Positions 40,241 to 49,948 of a stretch of DNA of 64,000 nt are shown piece after piece (position 1 is the stretch's first letter; each line of letters opens with the position of its first letter). Made by a program: the position numbers and the translations under genes. The stretch is taken from positions 111,963 to 175,962 of the forward strand of contig JAVRCJ020000018.1 of assembly GCA_034530875.2 (NCBI GenBank). The letters run 5' to 3'. The notes beneath the pieces were generated by a model. That model was not told the DNA's origin, did not search any database, and worked only from the letters and a program-made list of their open reading frames with translations. This DNA is from Nostoc sp. DedSLP01. GTDB taxonomy: Bacteria; Cyanobacteriota; Cyanobacteriia; Cyanobacteriales; Nostocaceae.

Positions 40241-41470
40241 GTGGTAAGCATACAAGACATCAAAACTGCAACTCGACAACCAGATTCTTTAGGCAGATTT
40301 GGCAAGTTCGGCGGTAAATACGTTCCTGAAACCTTAATGCCTGCATTAACAGAGTTGGAAAATGCATTTCATCAATATCGCAACGATGCAAGTTTCCAAA
40401 CCGAACTGCAAAACTTACTCCGGGACTACGTAGGACGACCCAGCCCGTTATATTTTGCCGAACGCCTGACAGCAAACTATGCCAGACCAGATGGCACAGG
40501 AGCGCAAATTTATTTAAAGCGCGAAGATTTAAATCATACAGGCGCTCACAAAATTAATAATGCTTTAGCCCAGGTGTTATTAGCTAAACGCATGGGTAAG
40601 CAACGGATTATTGCAGAGACAGGCGCAGGTCAACATGGCGTAGCAACTGCAACTGTATGTGCGCGTTTTGGTTTGCAATGTGTGATTTACATGGGCATCC
40701 ACGATATGGAACGCCAAGCCCTGAATGTGTTCCGTATGAAATTAATGGGTGCAGAAGTTCGCCCAGTGGAAGCAGGTACGGGAACTCTCAAGGATGCAAC
40801 CTCCGAAGCAATTCGAGATTGGGTGACGAATGTAGAAACAACTCATTACATCCTGGGTTCTGTTGCTGGGCCTCATCCTTATCCAATGCTCGTGCGCGAC
40901 TTCCATACTGTAATTGGACGCGAAACTCGCACTCAATGCCAGGAAAAATGGGGAGGACTGCCAGATATTTTACTCGCTTGCGTGGGCGGAGGTTCCAACG
41001 CGATCGGACTTTTCCATGAGTTTTTGCCTGAATTTTCTGTACGCCTCATCGGAGTTGAGGCGGCAGGTGAAGGTGTAGATACTCAAAAACACGCCGCTAC
41101 CTTGACAAAAGGACAGATAGGTGTGTTACACGGTGCAATGAGCTATTTACTGCAAGATGATGACGGTCAAGTAATCGAAGCCCATTCAATTAGTGCAGGA
41201 TTAGACTATCCAGGTGTTGGCCCTGAGCATAGTTATTTAAAAGATGTTAGTCGCGCCGAATATTACAGCGTTACCGATAAACAGGCACTAGAAGCATTCC
41301 AAAGACTTTCCCAACTAGAAGGAATTATCCCAGCTCTAGAAACAGCTCATGCGATCGCCTATTTAGAAATTCTTTGCCCCCAACTCACAGGCAATCCCCG
41401 CATCGTCATCAATTGCTCTGGCAGAGGCGACAAAGATGTGCAAACTGTCGCCAAAGTCATTAGTCATTAG
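40241..41470 (+). CDS. trpB: Tryptophan synthase beta chain
   Basis: [16 protein letters not shown] (PLP Lys), [13 protein letters not shown] and SGRGDKD. Confidence 0.97.
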   Translation: MVSIQDIKTATRQPDSLGRFGKFGGKYVPETLMPALTELENAFHQYRNDASFQTELQNLLRDYVGRPSPLYFAERLTANYARPDGTGAQIYLKREDLNHTGAHKINNALAQVLLAKRMGKQRIIAETGAGQHGVATATVCARFGLQCVIYMGIHDMERQALNVFRMKLMGAEVRPVEAGTGTLKDATSEAIRDWVTNVETTHYILGSVAGPHPYPMLVRDFHTVIGRETRTQCQEKWGGLPDILLACVGGGSNAIGLFHEFLPEFSVRLIGVEAAGEGVDTQKHAATLTKGQIGVLHGAMSYLLQDDDGQVIEAHSISAGLDYPGVGPEHSYLKDVSRAEYYSVTDKQALEAFQRLSQLEGIIPALETAHAIAYLEILCPQLTGNPRIVINCSGRGDKDVQTVAKVISH

Positions 41471-41510
41471 TCAATAACCAATGCCCCATGCCCCATGCCC
41501 AATAAGAAAT

Positions 41511-42656
41511 ATGATAGCCGTAACCCAAATTCCACCCGACAATATTTCCGCCAGTTCTGAATTCTACAACTGGCCGGCTTTATTACAACAATTGCTCAAT
41601 CGGCGATCGCTAACAGTTTCTCAAGCTGCCGATCTAATGCAGGGTTGGCTCACAGATGCCATTCCCCATGTGCTATCGGGAGCGATTTTAATTGCAATTC
41701 AAGCTAAAGGGATATCTGCCGAAGAATTAGTAGGCATGGCCAGCGTTTTACAATCCCAAAGGCTAGGGACTGGTGACTGGGGATTAGGGACTGGGCAAGA
41801 GTTTTCCCAGTCACCAGTACCCAGTACCCAATCCCCAACCCCCCTAATTGACACCTGCGGAACTGGTGGAGATGGTGCTTCAACTTTCAATATTTCCACT
41901 GCTGTTGCTTTTGTTGCCGCAGCCGCAGGGGTAAAAGTTGCCAAGCATGGCAACCGTTCTGCATCTAGCAAGACCGGTTCTGCTGATGTGTTGGAAGCTT
42001 TGGGTATCAATCTCAATGCCAGCCCAGAGAAAGTTCAAGCGGCAGTTGATGAAGTCGGAATCACCTTTTTGTTTGCTCCAGGTTGGCATCCGGCGCTGAA
42101 AGCAGTTGCTACTTTGCGGAAAACTTTGAAAGTGCGGACTGTTTTTAACTTGCTCGGCCCTTTAGTAAATCCTATGCGACCGACAGGGCAAATTATTGGT
42201 GTGAATGACGCGCTTTTATTAGAGGAAGTTGCCCAAGCTTTATCTCAATTGGGATGCCAGCAAGCGATCGCACTTTACGGGCGCGAACGTCTAGATGAAG
42301 CTGGTTTAGCTGATGTCACTGATATAGCGGTACTTCAAGATAAAAAAGTACGTTCTCTAACACTCAATCCTCAAGAACTGGGTTTGAGTTATGCACCAAC
42401 TACGTCCTTGCAAGGTGGAGATGTTCGAGAAAATGCCAAAATCTTGCAAGCAGTTTTGCAAGGTAAAGGCACTCAAGCACAACAGGATGTGGTGGCTTTA
42501 AATACAGCCTTAGCGCTGCAAGTTGGTCAAGCCATTGATGGAGAAACAGATATTTTTGCAGGTTGTGTCAAAGGTATTGTCCTTGCCAAAGAAATTCTGC
42601 GAAGCGGCGCTGCTTGGACAAAGTTAGAACAACTTGCACAATTTTTGCACGAATAG
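41511..42656 (+). CDS. trpD: Anthranilate phosphoribosyltransferase
   Basis: [18 protein letters not shown] and FNLLGPL. Start placed at MIAVTQ because the upstream ATG lies in a heptamer repeat. Confidence 0.94.
   Translation: MIAVTQIPPDNISASSEFYNWPALLQQLLNRRSLTVSQAADLMQGWLTDAIPHVLSGAILIAIQAKGISAEELVGMASVLQSQRLGTGDWGLGTGQEFSQSPVPSTQSPTPLIDTCGTGGDGASTFNISTAVAFVAAAAGVKVAKHGNRSASSKTGSADVLEALGINLNASPEKVQAAVDEVGITFLFAPGWHPALKAVATLRKTLKVRTVFNLLGPLVNPMRPTGQIIGVNDALLLEEVAQALSQLGCQQAIALYGRERLDEAGLADVTDIAVLQDKKVRSLTLNPQELGLSYAPTTSLQGGDVRENAKILQAVLQGKGTQAQQDVVALNTALALQVGQAIDGETDIFAGCVKGIVLAKEILRSGAAWTKLEQLAQFLHE
41763..41836. repeat. In-frame heptamer repeats (GGGACTG then inverted CCAGTAC) inside trpD
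   Basis: Encodes [25 protein letters not shown]. Confidence 0.85.
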
Positions 42657-42863
42657 TAGGGATGCACAGCTGTCATACGTGTCAACTTAAGCTCAAACAC
42701 TCAATTTACCGTGGTTTTAGATCCCCCAACCCCCTTAAAAAGGGGGCATTCGATTCTAGTTCCCCCCTTTTCAAGGGGGGTTAGGGGGGATCGAAAATCT
42801 AGGTAGTACATCGAAAAATTTTGAAATTCAGACTCCAATGCACAGCTAGCTATGCGCCCCTAC
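42656..42863. repeat. REP-like palindrome arms enclosing a C/G-run hairpin element
   Basis: gtagggatgcacagct ... gcacagctagctatgcgcccctac, with gatcccccaacccccttaaaaagggggc...ggggggttaggggggatc (42720-42792) inside. Confidence 0.65.
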
Positions 42864-42900
42864 GAGTATTACACCCAACATTCAACGGAAGGAAAAACAG

Positions 42901-44013
42901 ATGATTATAGTACTTAAGACCGGCACCCCTGCTGAGGAAATCATTCGTATCAGCCAAGAACTGGGTGAAGTTTGGAAAGTCACAGTAGAAAAAAGCATCG
43001 GCACTCATAAAGTTGTGCTGGGGATAATTGGCGATACTTCTAGCATCGATAAATTGCAAGTCCAAGAGACCAGCCCTTGGATTGAGCAAGTAATACGAGT
43101 GCAACAACCCTTCAAACGGGTTAGTCGGGAATTCAGAAATGGAGAAGCCAGCGAGGTTGTTGTACCTACGCCTAACGGTTGTGTCTATTTCGGAGAACAT
43201 CATCCCATCGTCACGATCGCCGGGCCTTGTTCGGTGGAAAATGAAGCGATGATTGTGGAAACAGCCAAGCGGGTAAAAGCCGCAGGTGCAAACTTTCTGC
43301 GTGGTGGAGCCTACAAACCTCGTACTTCGCCTTATGCTTTTCAAGGTTATGGTGAAAGTGCTTTGGATTTGTTAGCAGCAGCTCGTGAAGCTACGGGTTT
43401 GGGCATTGTGACAGAACTGATGGATGCTGCGGATTTACCAGCAGTGGCGCGGGTAGCTGACATCATCCAAATCGGAGCTAGGAATATGCACAATTTCTCG
43501 CTACTGAAAAAAGTCGGCGCTCAAGATAAGCCAGTACTGCTCAAGCGAGGAATGTCTGCAACTATTGACGAATGGCTGATGGCGGCAGAATATATTTTGG
43601 CGTCGGGAAACCCAAATGTAATTCTTTGCGAACGCGGAATTAGAACTTTTGATGGTAAATATGCCCGTAATACTTTAGATTTGTCGGTGATTCCGGTGTT
43701 GCGATCGCTAACTCATCTACCAATTACCATAGATCCCAGTCACGGTACGGGTAGATCCGAATATGTTCCATCTATGGCAATGGCCGCGATCGCTGCTGGT
43801 GCAGATGCTTTAATGATTGAAGTTCACCCCAATCCAGCTAAGGCTTTATCTGATGGCCCCCAGTCTTTAACCCCCGAAAAGTTTGACCGCTTGGTTCAAG
43901 AAATGTCAGTTCTAGGAAAAGTAGTCGATCGCTGGCCTGCACCTGTATTTGATACCATTGCTGAAAACCATTTTCTCCTCAGCGCCGGAACAATCAAAGG
44001 CGATAGACCGTAA
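42901..44013 (+). CDS. aroF: DAHP synthase (type I-beta with N-terminal regulatory domain); called aroG in the scytonemin literature
   Basis: IAGPCSVE, GGAYKPRTSPY, IGARNM, LCERG and DPSHG. Confidence 0.93.
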   Translation: MIIVLKTGTPAEEIIRISQELGEVWKVTVEKSIGTHKVVLGIIGDTSSIDKLQVQETSPWIEQVIRVQQPFKRVSREFRNGEASEVVVPTPNGCVYFGEHHPIVTIAGPCSVENEAMIVETAKRVKAAGANFLRGGAYKPRTSPYAFQGYGESALDLLAAAREATGLGIVTELMDAADLPAVARVADIIQIGARNMHNFSLLKKVGAQDKPVLLKRGMSATIDEWLMAAEYILASGNPNVILCERGIRTFDGKYARNTLDLSVIPVLRSLTHLPITIDPSHGTGRSEYVPSMAMAAIAAGADALMIEVHPNPAKALSDGPQSLTPEKFDRLVQEMSVLGKVVDRWPAPVFDTIAENHFLLSAGTIKGDRP

Positions 44014-44015
44014 TC

Positions 44016-44461
44016 TTATACCAAGTTGCAATCAAAGATAGTAACTTGGGCTGGGAGTAGGGAGTAGGGAATAGGAATACTATTTCTGAACGCAACTTAG
44101 TATTAGACGATTTTTGGTGTTGCTGAATTTGAATGTGAATAATTACAAAAACCTTCACTAGTCTTTCTTGCAAGCGCAAAATTATACCAATTTCCCAGAA
44201 TGCAGCAAATAGACCATTTGTAGAGACGCGATGAATCGCGTCTTCACTTCACCCAACAATGCATTGCAATCATTAATTGAATTGGTATTAACTAGCCATG
44301 ATGAAATTGATTCCATATTTTCAGCAACGTCTAGAACTAAACTATTGCAGAAAAACTCAGAATCCAGAATTATAGCAGTACCCAATCAAATCAAGTACAG
44401 AAATTTGTAAGTGCGCAAAGCTTTGCGTCCCTACCTTCTCATTAGAACAAGAAACGCTATA
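44016..44461. mobile_element. Three adjacent small MITE-like elements
   Basis: 44016-44105 (ttataccaagttgc/gcaacttagtatta); 44182-44290 (ttataccaatt/aattggtatta, containing a REP palindrome); 44371-44461 (tatagc/gctata). Confidence 0.55.
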
Positions 44462-44494
44462 TCCAAACCAAAATAATTACTAATTTTTTGGTGA

Positions 44495-45196
44495 CTAATA
44501 ACCAGAATCGCGAATCAATTTTGATTTTTGAATTACGACTTTTGATTGCTGAGGGCGTACTCTTGAATTTCCTCTACTGGAGACTTTTTGCTGAGAAAAC
44601 ATTGCTTGCAAAACCAGTGCAGGGTCTACATAATTATTGCTATATTTTAATCCCCAATGGAGATGCGGGCCAGTAGTGCGTCCAGTCATCCCTACCCTAC
44701 CAATTCTGGCTCCAGTTGGTATTTGCTGACCTTCCCAAATTTGAATTCCACCTGCACGGTCAATGAAATAACGGCTACCGGATGCAGTTTCCACGTTTCC
44801 TTCCATGTGGCAATAAGTGTGTTCCCATTCACCCGATTTAATTACTATATGAGAGCCACAAGCGCCACCGTCACCAACTTTAATTACTGTACCTACCCAC
44901 CAATTACGAATATAACTACCTTGGGGAGCAGCCATGTCTAAGCCGCCATGAAATTCCCAATTAGAACCACCAGTCGCCGAAGGGCGGTAACCAAAACCAG
45001 AGGTGTAAGCTTGAAAGTTTTCTACAGGAAAAGAAGCTGCCAACCAACTATTTGCCCTGGCTACTTTCTTGGGCTGAACTTCTTTAGCTCTAGCTACTTC
45101 TGGCTTAGGCAATAGAGTAATTAAACTTCCAAAACAAAATCCTAATATTAATAGTGTGGCTCCAGAAAGTACTACTCTTTGTTGCCTCTTAGACAT
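44495..45196 (-). CDS. M23 family metallopeptidase
   Basis: HGGLD, YCH and GMTGRTTGPHLHW. N-terminal signal/TM segment. Confidence 0.92.
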   Translation of the reverse strand: MSKRQQRVVLSGATLLILGFCFGSLITLLPKPEVARAKEVQPKKVARANSWLAASFPVENFQAYTSGFGYRPSATGGSNWEFHGGLDMAAPQGSYIRNWWVGTVIKVGDGGACGSHIVIKSGEWEHTYCHMEGNVETASGSRYFIDRAGGIQIWEGQQIPTGARIGRVGMTGRTTGPHLHWGLKYSNNYVDPALVLQAMFSQQKVSSRGNSRVRPQQSKVVIQKSKLIRDSGY

Positions 45197-45723
45197 TTTT
45201 TGATTCCTTAATTAAACAAAATTATTTATATTTACTAATTTTCAGATAAAATTGCTATGAATCCCGATAAAAAATTCAAGTTTTTTACTTTTATTTTTTA
45301 AAAGTTAGCAACTTTCAGGCAATCTCAATAATAATAACAGCTTTTGCCTGTGAAACTTGGATGATTTTAGGTTTAAATAAAAAATGAAAAATTAGCCAAT
45401 AATATAAATTTCTAATATTTTCTAATTTTTAGCCAGGGAAGTATAAATTATATCTAATATAAGAGTAACGGTTATTACTTATTTTCAGAGTTGCATAATT
45501 TTGCTTTTTGTTACTCGCATTGGCTCGATACATAGCAGCTGTCAAAAAAGTTTTAAACAATGAAATTCTGAATCAAGCTAATTGACGGGGCTGAAGTAGG
45601 CTTTGTAGTGAGAGAGTTGTTAAGCAGTTGAAATATTGTTGACGTTTATGCTTAAAATTGCACAAGAGGTTTTTTTAGCATCTACTAAAAGCTAAAGTTG
45701 ACCCTTGCAGGACTCCCCAAGAC

Positions 45724-46110
45724 ATGCTGACTGACATCTTGCCTTTCCACTTTGAATTAGACACGATCGCGATCGCTGGAGCGAGTTTGTGGTCATTGGC
45801 GTTATATCTGGGTTTTTCCAAAGCCAGTGAATGGGTAATGGAGCAACTTAACCGCTGGTTTAACTTTGCAGAGCGATCGCTGTATACTAGCCAGTCAGAA
45901 TTTGAAAAAACTCGTAAAGCCAGAGAATCCCAAAACGCTTTCTACGCCTCACTGTTTAGCATTCTGCCTTTCCTGGTAGCTGGGGCTTTATTGAATTGGG
46001 GTGTAGAAATCAGCTTAGGACGTAGTTGGGGAATCAGCTTAGGTATACTCGCTGCTATTAGTTGTGGCATTTTTGAACTCGGACGACGGAATGGGAGTTC
46101 TTCTGATTAG
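45724..46110 (+). CDS. Conserved cyanobacterial membrane protein
   Basis: 128 aa with about three hydrophobic segments. Confidence 0.8.
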   Translation: MLTDILPFHFELDTIAIAGASLWSLALYLGFSKASEWVMEQLNRWFNFAERSLYTSQSEFEKTRKARESQNAFYASLFSILPFLVAGALLNWGVEISLGRSWGISLGILAAISCGIFELGRRNGSSSD

Positions 46111-46124
46111 GCACAGAGATAAGA

Positions 46125-46228
46125 GAGGTGTGGGGAGTGTGGGGAGTGTGGGCGGAATGGAGGATGGGGGAGTGTGGGGAGAAAGAGAATTTATGCTTCC
46201 CACACCTCCCACACCTCCCACACCTCCC
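46125..46228. repeat. GGGAGTGTG / CCCACACCT repeat element, second copy
   Basis: Shares a 30-nt core with 9379-9506. Again lies between convergent genes. Confidence 0.88.
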
Positions 46229-46241
46229 AATGCCCCATACT

Positions 46242-47501
46242 TTATTTGCCAATTTCCTCACTAACAATCTTTGCTAATTTTTGGGCTGCTCCGCTTTCGC
46301 CGCGAACCTGCCGTAAGTTGGCTCGGATATCCTCTAATTTTTCTGGGTGAGCTAAAAAATCTAAGACCATTTCTCCAACTTCTGCCGGTTGGAGTTTGCC
46401 TACAAGTTCTGGCACTATTTCTTTCTGTGCCCAAATATTCGGCCATGCTAATAAACCTTTGCGTCTGAGAAATACCCAGTTAATCGCCTTAGCAAAGGTG
46501 GAACCCACCCCTGGCAAATTTGCCAATAAACCCGGTAAACCATCCCAAGAGCGCATTGCATCTAATTGTTGGGTAGGTAGTAAAACAATCATCGGTACGC
46601 CTAAAGCGCCAAGTTCAGCGGTGTTTGCCCCTACCGTAGTTAGGCAAATGCTGCACTGTGATAATAAATTGTGTGCGGGGTTTTCTTGCCACAATTCTAC
46701 AGTTATACCTGTCTGTGTTTTTAAGAATGGCTTGCTTTTTCCGTCTTCTGGAACGATTAAGGAAACACTGCTAATACCAAAAGTTTCCACAAAAGGGTTT
46801 TTTTCGGAATCGCCAAAACTAGCTAAGGTTTGTAAATCGACCGTTGGAGCAACAGGAATCACAAATTTAGTTTGAGGTTTGTTGGCATGAATGTATTCGG
46901 CGATCGCTACCATTAAAGGTATGCCTTGAGTTAATTTTGCCGCTTTTGAACCCGGTAACAAACCAATTAAATGCTCCGTAGAGATGTCATTAATCGCGTC
47001 TGTTATAAGTTGTGCTTGGGCTTCTAACATCAAATCTCCCACAACAGTGAATTTGTGGGCATATTTTTGGGCAACACCGGCACTAACTTGGGGTTTCATA
47101 ACTCCGAAGCGGTCAATCCAGTTATGCCAACGAGCTTCCCATTCAGCGTAAACAACTGTGCGATATCCTAGTTTTTTGCCAATAACTACGGGGAAAATTT
47201 GATCGCCACCAAGGAAAACGACTACACCGCGGCTTCTCCAGTCCCAATTATCAAATGTTTTGCCCGAGAGCAAAAATTGCCAAAAATGTTCTGCCGCTTG
47301 AACTCTGTCTACTTCTGGGTAAGAAAGAGCGATCGCAGCTTCTTTACCAGTAGCATGGGGACAAGGGGATAGAACTACAGAAATCCTCACAACAGAACGG
47401 TCATCCCCTAGTTCTTGCCGCAACGCCTTGACTACTGGACGCACCCAAGTTGTTACTTCTCCTGGGCCGTTGGAGAGAATGAGAATATCTACTGGAGTCA
47501 C
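46242..47501 (-). CDS. Lipid-A-disaccharide synthase (LpxB)-like glycosyltransferase
   Basis: SNGPGE, GLLPGSK, GANTAEL and AWPNI...VPEL. Confidence 0.82.
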   Translation of the reverse strand: MTPVDILILSNGPGEVTTWVRPVVKALRQELGDDRSVVRISVVLSPCPHATGKEAAIALSYPEVDRVQAAEHFWQFLLSGKTFDNWDWRSRGVVVFLGGDQIFPVVIGKKLGYRTVVYAEWEARWHNWIDRFGVMKPQVSAGVAQKYAHKFTVVGDLMLEAQAQLITDAINDISTEHLIGLLPGSKAAKLTQGIPLMVAIAEYIHANKPQTKFVIPVAPTVDLQTLASFGDSEKNPFVETFGISSVSLIVPEDGKSKPFLKTQTGITVELWQENPAHNLLSQCSICLTTVGANTAELGALGVPMIVLLPTQQLDAMRSWDGLPGLLANLPGVGSTFAKAINWVFLRRKGLLAWPNIWAQKEIVPELVGKLQPAEVGEMVLDFLAHPEKLEDIRANLRQVRGESGAAQKLAKIVSEEIGK

Positions 47502-47505
47502 AATA

Positions 47506-47536
47506 ATTCGTAATTCGTAATTCGTAATTCGTAATT
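47506..47536. repeat. Heptamer tandem repeat (AATTCGT)x4
   Basis: Visible directly. The same unit occurs at 31751-31772 and at the trpE stop. Confidence 0.9.
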
Positions 47537-47617
47537 TTTGCCTTACGACTGAAGTCGGGGGCTTGAAATAATGATACTACGCGTTTTTATGTTTCTATTG
47601 ATGAATCAAGGGGATTA

Positions 47618-47775
47618 TATAGGACTCACATTTGATTGCGTGAAAAAAACAGTACATCCGGACAAGGCTTCTGTCCTACTCCCTACTCCCCATTCCCTAT
47701 TCCCTGTCTATCGCGCTTGCGCTGCGCTTAGCGCACCACACAACTAAATTCTCCAAATCAAACCGGATTCCTATA
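47618..47775. mobile_element. MITE-like element with internal heptamer repeats
   Basis: Terminal inverted repeats tataggactcacatttgatt / aatcaaaccggattcctata. Internal CCCTACT-type heptamers. Confidence 0.7.
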
Positions 47776-47795
47776 GCTATTTAATGTGGAACAAC

Positions 47796-48437
47796 TTATT
47801 TACGCGGTTGTGCTGAATTGGCTGGAGTAATATTTGCGGAGTAGATATGCCATCTTTGCTGTTCTGGAGTTGAGCCAGGAACTTGATTGACTCGTCGCAG
47901 CACGTAACTACCGTGAAATCGCTCTGGAGTTCCATTAATGGTGACAGCAGTAATAGTAACTGGAATTTCAATGTATAACGAGCCTGCGGCCGCGTCTAAT
48001 CTCCCTGGTTCTCCAATTTCAGCAGCAACCGATGCAGTGTTGGCAAAACCCTGCTTGAACTGCTCAAATGACTGCTTGCTAGCAGCTCCATCTCCTTCCC
48101 AAGCTGAGTAGGCTTGTTTATAGTCTTGACGGGCGATCGCATTATAATACTCACGAATGACTTGGACTGCTTCTTGCTCAGGCTTGGTATCAGCAGCGTT
48201 TTGTGTGGGAGAGGCTGGGGATGGAGGTGGACTGGACGCGATCTGATTGGTAACTGATGGGCTATTTGCCGAAGCTAATTGTGATTTGGCATTATTGCAG
48301 CTTGTAATGGCGATCGCAAGTAGTATAACTCCCGCGATCGTGCGGTGCTGTTTTAACCAGATAGGTAAAGAAAAGTTGATTTTTGACAAAGATATCTCCT
48401 GACAAATCTGCTGAGTACTTTTTAGATTCAGCATCAT
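47796..48437 (-). CDS. Putative lipoprotein
   Basis: Hydrophobic stretch ending ITSC (lipobox-like), a Pro/Ser linker, then an EYYNAI..DYKQAY..W domain. Start uncertain. Confidence 0.75.
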   Translation of the reverse strand: MMLNLKSTQQICQEISLSKINFSLPIWLKQHRTIAGVILLAIAITSCNNAKSQLASANSPSVTNQIASSPPPSPASPTQNAADTKPEQEAVQVIREYYNAIARQDYKQAYSAWEGDGAASKQSFEQFKQGFANTASVAAEIGEPGRLDAAAGSLYIEIPVTITAVTINGTPERFHGSYVLRRVNQVPGSTPEQQRWHIYSANITPANSAQPRK

Positions 48438-48740
48438 GTATTGGTCGTAACCTCTTTGATGTAGCGCAGGCTCGAAAGCTACGCTACATCAAAGCAGTTA
48501 TGTTAGTACTGTAGCAAATGCGATGAAGAAATTAATCGCAAGACGCAATTATTACAGACAAAGAAAGCAAAATTTTGCTCTAGTAATCTCAAGCATCATG
48601 TTAATCAAATTTATAACAGACCTTAAGATTTCCTTCTTGTTTTCGGCCATCTATGTCAAGAATTTAACCTTTAAGTAATAGGGAATCAGCTTTAATTTTG
48701 TGTAACTTAAAAGGTAAGCAATAAATTTAAATTTCAACTT

Positions 48741-49529
48741 ATGCTGCATCGCTTAACCAAGTCTGGACTGGTTTGCATTACTCAACCACATCATGCATGG
48801 CTTTCGGGACAATTAGCACGAGCTTGGGGAAACGAGCAATTTGGTGAATTTGCGCCGAAAGAAGAAGTTTGTCTTGGCGCAGAACAACACGATATTGGTT
48901 GGCTGCAATGGGAACCAAAACCTACGCTCAATCCTGAAACCGGCTATCCTTATAAATTTACAGAACTTCCAATTGAAGTACATCTAGAAATTTGGTCAGG
49001 TGCAAAACAGCTAGCATTGATTTTAGGTAGATACGTAACGTTACTTGTTTCACTCCACGGAACAGGATTGTATGAAAGATTCACAAGTTGGCAAAACTCG
49101 CCTAAATCTGCTCAACTCGTGCAAAATTTTTTAAACAACGAATATACTTTTCAAAAAGAAATTATCGATATTCTACAACAAGATGAGTACTACGCGCCTT
49201 ATGTAACATCAGAAGCGATCGCGCGCAATCAGAAACTAGTCGCAACATGGGATACCTTTTCTATAATTTTATGCATCGCCAAAGCTGGCGAACAACATAT
49301 CGATAGAGTACCAACAATTAATGGCACAACTACATTAAAGTTAACTACCTTAGAGGATAAAGAACATCAACATACGGTAGTTGTGTCTCCTTGGCCGTTT
49401 GCACAAAGCCAAATCAGACTAGTCTATGAGGGAAGAATTCTGCGGCAAACATTTAGTAATGAACTAGTGATGCAAGAGGCTTTGAAAAGTAATTGGGTAA
49501 CTCTCAGCACTACTTTAATACCAGGCTGA
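48741..49529 (+). CDS. DUF3891-like protein
   Basis: ITQPHHAWLSGQLA..WG, HDIGW, LVSLH and PWPF. Confidence 0.78.
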   Translation: MLHRLTKSGLVCITQPHHAWLSGQLARAWGNEQFGEFAPKEEVCLGAEQHDIGWLQWEPKPTLNPETGYPYKFTELPIEVHLEIWSGAKQLALILGRYVTLLVSLHGTGLYERFTSWQNSPKSAQLVQNFLNNEYTFQKEIIDILQQDEYYAPYVTSEAIARNQKLVATWDTFSIILCIAKAGEQHIDRVPTINGTTTLKLTTLEDKEHQHTVVVSPWPFAQSQIRLVYEGRILRQTFSNELVMQEALKSNWVTLSTTLIPG

Positions 49530-49621
49530 ATAATAGTTGAAGAAGAATTCAGAAGTCAGAATTGATTTTCAAGAGTCCAACGAAGCCGTAAATAATGTTA
49601 TTTTTGGCTAGCTTGTCATCT

Positions 49622-49790
49622 TACAGCAGTTTTGATTTGCATGAGGTACAGAGTTAATGATTTTGAGGCAGGAGGCAGGATAGCCCAGTTAAGCCGTGTC
49701 CGCGAGCGTCGGCAGAGGGCAGGAGGGAAAAGAAGAATTTATATATTCAATTCTCCAGTTGTGTACCTCATTTATTTGCAAACTGCTGTA
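49622..49790. mobile_element. 169-bp MITE-like element
   Basis: 29-bp imperfect terminal inverted repeats TACAGCAGTTT-n8-ATGAGGTACA with TA at both ends. Confidence 0.75.
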
Positions 49791-49948
49791 TCTTTTGTAA
49801 TTTAATTTAATCCATCAAAATATTCTTTGCATGAATAGTCATCATCCTAAAGACTAATATTTAAAATATGATAACTTCTCAACTAATGGCAGACTAACAG
49901 CATTAAAAGAACTTGTTACGATTACTCTAGTGCTTAATAAAATTTTTT

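Noticed and set aside
23429..44013. The scytonemin cluster itself as a novel system
   Set aside because: It is a well-described pathway. Only its deviations and regulatory signals are reported as findings.
47545..47564. acgactgaagtcgggggctt, resembling an IS200/IS605-type end hairpin
   Set aside because: It is too short and there is no tnpA or tnpB nearby, so it cannot be supported as an element.
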